A program made the translations under genes and the position numbers. From positions 2,074,376 to 2,106,375 of the forward strand of contig FP565575.1 of assembly GCA_000091165.1 (NCBI GenBank): a DNA stretch of 32,000 nucleotides. Direction: 5' to 3'. Numbering within the stretch: the stretch's first letter is position 1; every line of letters starts with the position of its first letter. Positions 17,244 to 24,920 of the stretch are shown here, piece after piece. The DNA is from Candidatus Methylomirabilis oxygeniifera. Its GTDB lineage: Bacteria > Methylomirabilota > Methylomirabilia > Methylomirabilales > Methylomirabilaceae. The notes beneath the pieces were generated by a model. It was not told the DNA's origin. It worked only from the letters and a program-made list of their open reading frames with translations, and ran no database searches.

Positions 17244-17279
17244 AGCATGAAGTGTGCTGTGCCTACCTGGATTCTCAGG

Positions 17280-19706
17280 TTAGAATGCCTCGTCGCCGGC
17301 CGCCCAAGCCTCCCGCTCCTTCGCCTTCTCCCTGTCGTAGATGGTCCATTCACCTTCCTCGACGACAGAGGCTTCGCGGACCATCCGCCCTGCTCTTGAC
17401 AGAATGAAATAGACGAGAGGCAACACGCCGCCAAACAGGAAGACCGCGCCGCCGATCGTGCGCATCCACGTCAAGGTAATCCACACACTATCCGTGACGT
17501 GCGCCTGTGCTCGGGCAGCCCAAAGGCCTTCCTTGAAGACGGTTGCAACCTGGTACAGACCGACAGGGAACAAGTCCAACATCATCATCAGCACCAAGCC
17601 GACCTGCAACGACCAGAAAATGCCCTTGATCAGCTTCTCATTCCAGGCAGAGCGCTGGAACAGGTGCTGGCAGGCAAACAGCATACCGGCAATGGCGATG
17701 TTACCCTTGACACCGAACATGGCGGCATGGGCATGGTTGCCGGTGAGGTAGGTGCCGTGCTCATAGTAGTTGACGATGGGCAGGTTGATCAACGAGCCGA
17801 AGACACCCGCGCCGAAGATGTTCCAGAAGTTGACGGCAAGAATGAACGTCCAGACGCCGTCCATCACGAAGCGCTGCTTACCCTCGGCAATGTTTTCATG
17901 GGCCTTGGTCCGCTCCGTCCGCATCTTCCAGGCGTCCAGGGTGATCAACAGCAGCGGCAGCACCTGCATGGTGGAGAAGACGCTGCCCAGTGCGATGATC
18001 CCTGTCGGCTTGGCGATCCAGTAGAAGTTGTGGGAGATCCCGATCAGGGCGGTTACCAGGAACATCATGACGGCCAGGAAGATAACCCGCTCGGCCATCG
18101 CCCGGTTGACCAGACCCATCTGCACCAGCATGTACCCAACGATACAGGTGGTGAAGACCTCGAAGGTGACCTCAACCCACATGTGAATGTTCATCCACCG
18201 CCAGTAGTCGGCGATGGCGAAGTTCTGCGATGGGGTCATGAACATCCCGAAGAACAGGAACAGCACCATGATACCGCTGCCGTAGAACAGCCAAGCCGGC
18301 ACTGACCAGAGGTTCTGGCTGGTGATCCAGGGCTTCACAGCGCGGAAGATGATGTAGACCCACAGACAGAACGAGGCCAGCATCAGGATATGCCAGAAGC
18401 GGCCCAGCTCCAGGAACTCCCAGCCCTGGCTGCCGAACCAGTAGGCCATGTCGTCGGTCATGTACCCCGTGTGGCCAAGGTAGATGCCGAACAGCGCGCC
18501 TGCGCCGACGATCAGACATAGTGTAAAGAGCAGGTTGATCAGGAACCGCTGGCCGTTCGGCACCTTCGAAATGCGGGGCAGGAAGAAGAGAGTGTAGCCG
18601 ACCCAGGCCATGAAGAACCAGTAGATCTGCACAATGGTATGCCACCCGCGAGTAACGGTGAAGGGGATGGTGAACCCCAATACCGTTGTGGCGATGGCAC
18701 TACCCGGTCCACCGCCGACGAAATCTTCGGCGCTCAGGATACCGGCCAGCACCTGCACCAGGAACAGGATGACAGCGAACGCAAAGAACTTATAGGTGGC
18801 GCGCTGAGTCGGCCGCACATAGGCATCGCCCTTGTTTTCAAGGTCGACCGTGGTGAGCGACCAATCGCGCCCGTTGAACGGCTCGCCGGGCAGGACCTTC
18901 ATCTCCCCGTAGACGTACAGGACCAGCATGGTGCCACAGAACAGCACGAAGATCGAGATGAAACTCCAGAGATAGGTCTCGAACGTCGGAGTATTACCGA
19001 CTAGCGGATCGGGTGGCCAGTTGTGAGTGTAGGTATAGTCAAAACCCGGCCGATTCGCCCCGGAGACCCAACCTCCCCAGAAGAAATATCCCGCTAGTGC
19101 TTTGAGGTCTTCAGGGCTACTGATATGATTCTCGATCCTGCCCTTCATGAACGCTTCTTCGTAGGTGGCATCCGTAAACATGCGCGTATAGTGCGTGATC
19201 AACTCCTGATACGCAAAGACCTGAGCCGGATTGATACGGATGATGTTAGCAGCCGCATCATACCCGTTCTCATGGATTTCGCGCTTGACCCTGACCGAGA
19301 TCATATCGCGATCCGCCTGGGTGACGGGACGCTCCTTCGCGATCTCATTTTCGTAGAACTTGCTCATTGATACATAGGTATGGTGTAGTGCTTCAGCGGT
19401 GAAATCCGGACCGCGTTCACCGCCGTCTCCCCAAAAAGAGCCATAGGTCATCAGACCTTTCAGATGAAAGACCTGTTTCCCGCGCTGGATCTGCCACTCG
19501 GGGATGACGGTTTCTCCGGTAGATGACAAGACATAATTGGTCAATGGCGGAGCTGAGGTATAAGTCCATACACCGAGGGCAACCAACCCAATGACACTGA
19601 TAACGGTCACGATCAAGGCGTGAAGCCACCAGTACTTCTTAATCAGCAAGGCTTGGCCGAAGGTCCTATTAGTTTTCCCCATTCCACTACTTGAACTAGA
19701 TCTCAT
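17280..19706 (-). CDS. nod: qNOR-like haem-copper oxidase with substituted quinol and FeB sites; putative nitric oxide dismutase, copy A
   Basis: Track ORF 17280..19727. I prefer the ATG at 19706, 6 nt after AGGAGG. It has a NorB-type core (RGWH; HMWVEVTFEVF; YYEHGTYLTGNHAHAAMFG) and a long N-terminal NorC-like extension with no CxxCH, which is qNOR architecture. It reads SAEDFVGG where qNORs read AHYxVEG, and ISHNFYW where NORs read GxGHHxY. Confidence 0.9.
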   Translation of the reverse strand: MRSSSSSGMGKTNRTFGQALLIKKYWWLHALIVTVISVIGLVALGVWTYTSAPPLTNYVLSSTGETVIPEWQIQRGKQVFHLKGLMTYGSFWGDGGERGPDFTAEALHHTYVSMSKFYENEIAKERPVTQADRDMISVRVKREIHENGYDAAANIIRINPAQVFAYQELITHYTRMFTDATYEEAFMKGRIENHISSPEDLKALAGYFFWGGWVSGANRPGFDYTYTHNWPPDPLVGNTPTFETYLWSFISIFVLFCGTMLVLYVYGEMKVLPGEPFNGRDWSLTTVDLENKGDAYVRPTQRATYKFFAFAVILFLVQVLAGILSAEDFVGGGPGSAIATTVLGFTIPFTVTRGWHTIVQIYWFFMAWVGYTLFFLPRISKVPNGQRFLINLLFTLCLIVGAGALFGIYLGHTGYMTDDMAYWFGSQGWEFLELGRFWHILMLASFCLWVYIIFRAVKPWITSQNLWSVPAWLFYGSGIMVLFLFFGMFMTPSQNFAIADYWRWMNIHMWVEVTFEVFTTCIVGYMLVQMGLVNRAMAERVIFLAVMMFLVTALIGISHNFYWIAKPTGIIALGSVFSTMQVLPLLLITLDAWKMRTERTKAHENIAEGKQRFVMDGVWTFILAVNFWNIFGAGVFGSLINLPIVNYYEHGTYLTGNHAHAAMFGVKGNIAIAGMLFACQHLFQRSAWNEKLIKGIFWSLQVGLVLMMMLDLFPVGLYQVATVFKEGLWAARAQAHVTDSVWITLTWMRTIGGAVFLFGGVLPLVYFILSRAGRMVREASVVEEGEWTIYDREKAKEREAWAAGDEAF

Positions 19707-20001
19707 CGCTACCTCCTGTGGCCACACCTTTTACTGAGGTGGTCACATTCCCATTTCCACTGCTTGTTCTTTTCTTTCCATCCAATCTTTCCATCCAAGT
19801 CATCGTTGATGCCTATCGCGTCGGGGGCGCACGTACTTGGTCGGCAAACCGGAGACCGCGGGTTAGCCGCCCAAAGCCTGATCGACCATCCGGTAACCCT
19901 TTGCTCAACCTCTCGATCCACGTCATAGGCCTCATGAGCGCACTCCTCCTTGACTCCAGCGCCATCAGCTTACAGTCAAAATGTAGACTCTCCGGCAGGG
20001 C

Positions 20002-20043
20002 TTGTAAATTGGATGATCGGCTTAATTTTCGATGCAAATGCAT
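20002..20043 (-). promoter_or_regulatory. Conserved 42-bp cis element upstream of nod copy A (+ strand: TTGTAAAT-N21-GATGCAAATGCAT)
   Basis: It has the same end motifs and the same 21-nt spacing as the element at 23247..23288 upstream of copy B. It contains the near-palindrome ATGCAAATGCAT. It lies ~300 nt upstream of the start codon. Confidence 0.55.
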
Positions 20044-20475
20044 TAGTCCTGTGGAGTGTAATTGTTGGCCTCAGAACCAGTAAGCCGTGTTAACCACCCG
20101 GCGGGACAAATCGGCAGAGGGTCTGTCCAGGAGGGGTGAGACGACTATCTTTTCAAGTCACTTGCATCGGCCGGGATAAGCTCCAGGCGTTACTATAGAA
20201 CACCGTTATAGGTATTATAGGACGCGGTCGACACTAAGTCAAGCGGTCGCGTCCCATAGTGGCCAGATGACCCACGTTAACTCTTCGGCGCGATAATAAC
20301 AACGTTCTACTTATTCTTATTGAGGATGGGGAAGATTTGGAGGGTGTGGAGATTGTCGGGAGAGCGCACTTCGAGCGAGCAAAGGCGTGCATAGGACTAC
20401 GAAAGCGGTCAGAGGTCAGGCGGGTATCCGGCGGCTTGTGCGGCTGGCCAGCCTCAGAAGAAGGGATGGGGGAGC

Positions 20476-20526
20476 ATAAAAAACAATACCCCCCGGCACA
20501 ACATCTCTGTTGTGCCGGGGGGTATT
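20476..20526 (-). terminator. Rho-independent terminator after nod copy B
   Basis: Perfect 18-bp stem AATACCCCCCGGCACAAC (20485..20502) / GTTGTGCCGGGGGGTATT (20509..20526) with a 6-nt loop. On the - strand it is followed by GUUUUUUAU (20476..20484). Confidence 0.85.
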
Positions 20527-20566
20527 GAAAGTGCGTGCTACTTACGTGCAGACTAAGAACGTTAGA

Positions 20567-22999
20567 CTAGAACGCCTCGTCAGAAGCGGCCCAAGCCTCT
20601 CGCTCTTTCGCCTTCTCTCTGTCGTAGATCGTCCACTCGCCCTCTTCAACGACGGCAGCTTCGCGGACCATCCGTCCAGCCCTCGACAGAATGAACCAGC
20701 ACAGAGGCAGAACACCACCGAACAGGAAGACCACGCCGCCGATTGACCGAAGCCAAGTCAGCGTGTGCCATACCTCGTTGGTGACGAACGACTGCTGGCG
20801 GCCATACCAGAACCCATACTGGAAGATGTGGGCGAGCTGATACAGACCGACCGGGAACATATCCATGAGCATCATCATCACGATGCCGACCTGCAGGGAC
20901 CAAAAGACAGTCTTGATCAGCTTCTCATTCCAGGCAGAGCGCTGGAACAGGTGCTGGCAGGCAAACAGCATACCGGCAATGGCGATGTTACCCTTGACAC
21001 CGAACATGGCGCCATGGGCATGGTTGTTGGTGAGGTAGGTGCCGTGCTCATAGTAGTTGACGATGGGCAGGTTGATCAACGAGCCCATGACACCGGCACC
21101 GAAGATGTTCCAGAAGTTGACGGCGAGGATGAACGTCCAGACACCGTCCATCACGAAGCGCTGCTTGCCCTCAGAAAGGTGCTCATGGGCCTTGGTCCGC
21201 TCCGTCCGCATCTTCCAGGCGTCCAGGGTGATCAACAGCAGCGGCAGCACCTGCATGGTGGAGAAGACGCTGCCCAGTGCGATGATCCCTGTCGGCTTGG
21301 CGATCCAGTAGAAGTTGTGGGAGATCCCGATCAGGGCGGTTACCAGGAACATCATGACGGCCAGGAAGATAACCCGCTCGGCCATCGCCCGGTTGACCAG
21401 ACCCATCTGCACCAGCATGTACCCAACGATACAGGTGGTGAAGACCTCGAAGGTGACCTCAACCCACATGTGAATGTTCATCCACCGCCAGTAGTCGGAG
21501 ATGGCGAAGTTCTGCGATGGGGTCATGAACATCCCGAAGAACAGGAACAGCACCATGATACCGCTGCCGTAGAACAGCCAAGCCGGCACTGACCAGAGGT
21601 TCTGGCTGGTGATCCAGGGCTTCACAGCGCGGAAGATGATGTAGACCCACAGACAGAACGAGGCCAGCATCAGGATATGCCAGAAGCGGCCCAGCTCCAG
21701 GAACTCCCAGCCCTGGCTGCCGAACCAGTAGGCCATGTCGTCGGTCAGCATACCAGTGTGGCCGGCATAAATCCCGAACAGCGCACCGGCGCCAACGAGC
21801 ACGCACAGCGCAAAGAGTAGGTTGATCAGGAACCGCTGCCCGTTGGGTACCTTCGAAATGCGGGGCAGGAAGAAAAGGGTGTAGCCAACCCAGGCCATGA
21901 AGAACCAGTAGATCTGGACGATGGCATGATAGCTTCGGACGACGCTGAAGGGGATGACGAGTCCGAACGCGCCCAAGATCGCTTCACCCGGTCCACCGCC
22001 GACGAAATCCTCGGCGCCCAGGATACCGGCCAGCACCTGCACCAGGAACAGGATGACAGCGAACGCAAAGAACTTATAGGTGGCGCGCTGAGTCGGCCGC
22101 ACATAGGCATCGCCCTTGTTTTCAAGGTCGACCGTGGTGAGCGACCAATCGCGCCCGTTGAACGGCTCGCCGGGCAGGGACTTCATTTCGCCATAGACGT
22201 ACAGGACCAGCATGGTGCCAGCGAACAGCACGAGGATCGAGAGGAAGCTCCAGATGTACGTCGCGTACGTCGGGAGGTTGCCGGCATCAGGATCATACGG
22301 CCAGTTGTGGGTATAGCTGTAGATCTCGCCCGGTCGATTTGCGCCGGCTACCCAGCCGCCCCAGAAGAAGTAACCCGCCAATCCCTTGATGTCCTCCGGG
22401 TTGCTGACATAGCTCTGAATCCGACCCTTCTGGAATGCCTCTTCATAGGTGGGATCGGTGAACATCTTGGTGTAATGGTCGACCAATTCATTATACGCAA
22501 AGATCTGGGCATCGTTCAGGCGGATGACGCCTGCTGCTGCGTCATAACCGTTCTGATGAATCTCTCGCTTGACCTTTCCCGCGATCCCGTCCTTCTCGTC
22601 CTGGGTTGCGGGGCGGCCCTGCTCTTTCTCAATCTGCATCTCATAGTACTTGCCCATGGAGACGAAGGTTCGATGCAGAGCTTCTGCGGTGAAATCCGGT
22701 CCGCGCTCTGCGCCGTCACCCCAGAAGGATCCGTAGAGCATCAGACCCTTCAGGTGAAACACCTGCTTTCCACGATTCATGGAATGCTCAGCAATGACCA
22801 CGTCCCCTGATTTGCTTACGAAGTTAACCAGAGGGGGAGCGCCCGCGTAGGTCCAGACGCCGAGAGCAATCAAACCGATGGTGCTAATCGCGGTAACGAT
22901 CAAAGCATGAAGCCACCAATACTTCTTGATAAGTAGTACTTGTGCAAATGTCCTCTCGTTCTTGCCCTTTGCTGCAGTTCCGCTGGGATTCGGACTCAT
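20567..22999 (-). CDS. nod: qNOR-like haem-copper oxidase with substituted quinol and FeB sites; putative nitric oxide dismutase, copy B
   Basis: Track ORF 20567..23038. I prefer the ATG at 22999, 5 nt after GGGAGGT. Same architecture and same diagnostic substitutions as copy A (GAEDFVGG; ISHNFYW; NHAHGAMFG). Confidence 0.9.
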   Translation of the reverse strand: MSPNPSGTAAKGKNERTFAQVLLIKKYWWLHALIVTAISTIGLIALGVWTYAGAPPLVNFVSKSGDVVIAEHSMNRGKQVFHLKGLMLYGSFWGDGAERGPDFTAEALHRTFVSMGKYYEMQIEKEQGRPATQDEKDGIAGKVKREIHQNGYDAAAGVIRLNDAQIFAYNELVDHYTKMFTDPTYEEAFQKGRIQSYVSNPEDIKGLAGYFFWGGWVAGANRPGEIYSYTHNWPYDPDAGNLPTYATYIWSFLSILVLFAGTMLVLYVYGEMKSLPGEPFNGRDWSLTTVDLENKGDAYVRPTQRATYKFFAFAVILFLVQVLAGILGAEDFVGGGPGEAILGAFGLVIPFSVVRSYHAIVQIYWFFMAWVGYTLFFLPRISKVPNGQRFLINLLFALCVLVGAGALFGIYAGHTGMLTDDMAYWFGSQGWEFLELGRFWHILMLASFCLWVYIIFRAVKPWITSQNLWSVPAWLFYGSGIMVLFLFFGMFMTPSQNFAISDYWRWMNIHMWVEVTFEVFTTCIVGYMLVQMGLVNRAMAERVIFLAVMMFLVTALIGISHNFYWIAKPTGIIALGSVFSTMQVLPLLLITLDAWKMRTERTKAHEHLSEGKQRFVMDGVWTFILAVNFWNIFGAGVMGSLINLPIVNYYEHGTYLTNNHAHGAMFGVKGNIAIAGMLFACQHLFQRSAWNEKLIKTVFWSLQVGIVMMMLMDMFPVGLYQLAHIFQYGFWYGRQQSFVTNEVWHTLTWLRSIGGVVFLFGGVLPLCWFILSRAGRMVREAAVVEEGEWTIYDREKAKEREAWAASDEAF

Positions 23000-23246
23000 T
23001 GTTACCTCCCGTGGTTCTACCTCATTCGAGGTGACCACCTTGCATTGTTATTACCGTGCCGTCTTGAGTTGGGATGATCCCAATTCACCGGGGGCGCCCG
23101 CGCTTCGCGAACAGTGCACAGGGCGCGGGTTTGACGGCAACCGCCTGTTGGAACAGGCGGTGACCCGCTACACTGCTTACCGATTCTCATCATACCGTCC
23201 ATGGGGAACGCCTCCTCTGCGCCAATACTGCGATCCCCTGTAGGCT

Positions 23247-23288
23247 TTGTAAATCCTGCGACTGAATCAATCCGCGATGCATATGTAC
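23247..23288 (-). promoter_or_regulatory. Conserved cis element upstream of nod copy B, proximal copy (TTGTAAAT-N21-GATGCATATGTAC)
   Basis: Read directly. It matches 20002..20043 in end motifs and spacing, and is repeated 69 bp further upstream. Confidence 0.55.
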
Positions 23289-23315
23289 TATACTATTTAC
23301 TATCCTCAGTGAGAC

Positions 23316-23358
23316 TCGTAAATCCTGCGATTGACTCAATATGCTGATGCATATGCAC
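23316..23358 (-). promoter_or_regulatory. Conserved cis element upstream of nod copy B, distal copy (TCGTAAATCCTGCGATTGACTCAAT...GATGCATATGCAC)
   Basis: Direct repeat of 23247..23288. They share GTAAATCCTGCGA.TGA.TCAAT and GATGCATATG.AC. It is bracketed by a perfect 10-bp inverted repeat, CCTCAGTGAG (23304..23313) / CTCACTGAGG (23361..23370). Confidence 0.55.
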
Positions 23359-23569
23359 CACTCACTGAGGTTTTAGAGAGATCCCAGGGACGCGAGAGGG
23401 TAAAACATATAAAACAGGGTTTACCCGATCACGCAGTAACCCGACGATCTGTCGGTCGGTCCATGGCGCGGTGCTTATCAAGACTGCGTCCATCAGAACA
23501 GTATTCTGATACACAATAGAAGAACCGATCCTCACTAGATTTGGCTGTGAATCGCTTCATCCTCGCCCA

Positions 23570-24472
23570 TCACGCTGCCTTATTGGGCTCCTTTGGAGCC
23601 CCTGGCGCCTGTCCTGCCTCCGCGCGAGCCGCAGGCTCCCGCCGTGCAATCTCGTTCACGTAGGCGACAGCCTCCAGTCGTGAGTGAACCTTGAGCTTAC
23701 TGAAGATGTTCTGGATGTGGTTTCTCACTGTAGTTTTACTGATGAAAAGCTGCTCCGCGATAGCCGCCGTCGTTGCGCCCGTCCGCATCAGGGTAACAAC
23801 CTGCAGCTCTCGCCGAGTTAAGTCACCGACAGGAGATACGGTCTTTTCGCTCGCCGTAAGTTGAGTCTGAGCCAGTTGTTGCCGAACAAGCACCTCAAGC
23901 TGGTGCGCCGCAGTGACATCACGGAAGAGATGAACAACTGTCGGGGGTTGGTTGTCCTCACAGGGAAGAGCAACACAGCTCACATCGATCCATAGCGGTT
24001 TACCCGTCCTCGTCCGAGTAGCCATCTCGAAATGCTGGATCAGATCTCCACGGCTCAACGTCATCTTCAGCGGGCAAGGCCACTGACAAAGCTGATTGCC
24101 GTTACTATCACGGCCGTTGAAGAACTCACGGCATTGCTGTCCGACAACTTGTTGCGCGGAAGCTTCCAGGATAGTTTCAGCGGCTTGGTTGCAGAACAGA
24201 ATCTCTCCGGTCGGCGCACTGACAAACACGCCATCGGCCGTCTCAGCGAAAAGCTTGAAGGCGGCTTCGCGTGGTTCCGTAGGCTGTCCGCTTCCCGGCT
24301 CGTTTCGCGAATCCTTTTCATCGACTTCATCAACTGCAGGTGTAAGCCGATGCTCGTCTTCGCCGTCTATGCGGTAGTCGACTGCCTCGCCTGTACGGAC
24401 ACCGCCATCACGCCGCAGGCCTGCCCTGGAAATTCGCACCGAACGTTTCGGTCCGTTGCCTGAATGCGCCAT
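23570..24472 (-). CDS. PAS-domain / LuxR-type HTH transcriptional regulator
   Basis: C-terminal LuxR/FixJ HTH LTRRELQVVTLMRTGATTAAIAEQLFISKTTVRNHIQNIFSKLKVHSRLEAVAY. The central segment is PAS-like (FKLFAETADGVFVSAPTGEILFCNQAAETILEASAQQVVGQQCREFF...) and contains six Cys. No receiver domain. Confidence 0.85.
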   Translation of the reverse strand: MAHSGNGPKRSVRISRAGLRRDGGVRTGEAVDYRIDGEDEHRLTPAVDEVDEKDSRNEPGSGQPTEPREAAFKLFAETADGVFVSAPTGEILFCNQAAETILEASAQQVVGQQCREFFNGRDSNGNQLCQWPCPLKMTLSRGDLIQHFEMATRTRTGKPLWIDVSCVALPCEDNQPPTVVHLFRDVTAAHQLEVLVRQQLAQTQLTASEKTVSPVGDLTRRELQVVTLMRTGATTAAIAEQLFISKTTVRNHIQNIFSKLKVHSRLEAVAYVNEIARREPAARAEAGQAPGAPKEPNKAA

Positions 24473-24714
24473 AGTTTTAATATAAAGTCCTCATTACGAC
24501 CTGTCAAGCCGAAAAAAGGGGATACAGATCCGCACGTATTTGCAAGGCTGACCCGATGCCTGGTACGCACGACCGGATCAGCACGGGTAATGGGGTCGGG
24601 CTTGTGACAGATACAGTGTCGCCGCTCCGCGCGACCGTCACTTCTGCCAAGGCGTATTTCATCGTTATGTTGCCGGAGGTGCGGCTGCGAGCCCTGGGAG
24701 ACCGAAGAAAACGC

Positions 24715-24743
24715 TTGACAGGGGATGCGGGCTGTGCGATAGT
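24715..24743 (+). promoter_or_regulatory. Sigma70-like promoter candidate for the porin gene
   Basis: TTGACA (24715..24720), 17 nt spacer, GATAGT (24738..24743). It lies ~180 nt upstream of the porin ATG. Confidence 0.4.
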
Positions 24744-24920
24744 GACGCCCATCCTAAGGTCTAAGGCCCCACTGCAAGTCCGCACGGAGGTTAGGAAGCC
24801 CGCGTACGCCAAGCTAGAGATGGTCTCATCGGGGCGGGGTTGCTTCAGAGCCCCGCATCAGCAAAGCGCTCTGAATTCAGGAGCGCCGTGGTTAACCTAA
24901 AGAGCAGAGGGAGGGGGATC

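Noticed and set aside
17499-18305. Long + strand ORFs antisense to the nod genes (17499..18305, 17770..18024, 18639..19004; likewise 20765..21592 and 21926..22810), plus off-frame - strand ORFs (18172..18645, 21459..21806).
   Set aside because: These are shadow ORFs typical of high-G+C coding DNA. Their products are low-complexity (H/Q/D/G/P-rich) and lack RBSs. The - strand frame carries unmistakable haem-copper-oxidase motifs along its whole length.
19718-20528. ORFs in the nod-nod intergenic region (19718..20083 +, 19813..20043 -, 19709..19921 -, 20337..20528 +).
   Set aside because: They have no RBS and atypical composition. They overlap the leader, the conserved cis element and the terminator hairpin, so the region is better explained as regulatory DNA.
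17280-22999. Default annotation of both large genes as ordinary quinol-dependent nitric oxide reductase (norZ/qNOR).
   Set aside because: The architecture is qNOR-like. However, the quinol-site His/Glu (AHYxVE -> AEDFVG) and one FeB His (HH -> HN) are replaced in both copies, so a standard NO-to-N2O quinol oxidoreductase call is not supported.
23247-23358. The two ~42-bp direct repeats upstream of nod copy B as a mini CRISPR array.
   Set aside because: There are only two copies, they are imperfect, no cas genes are present, and a related copy sits upstream of the paralogous gene. An operator/promoter element is the simpler reading.
17071-23570. IS elements/transposase or long flanking repeats that could explain the nod duplication as a composite transposon.
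   Set aside because: No transposase-like ORF or terminal inverted repeats were seen. Similarity is confined to the coding regions, with a period of ~3.29 kb, and the flanks differ, which is consistent with an old tandem duplication.
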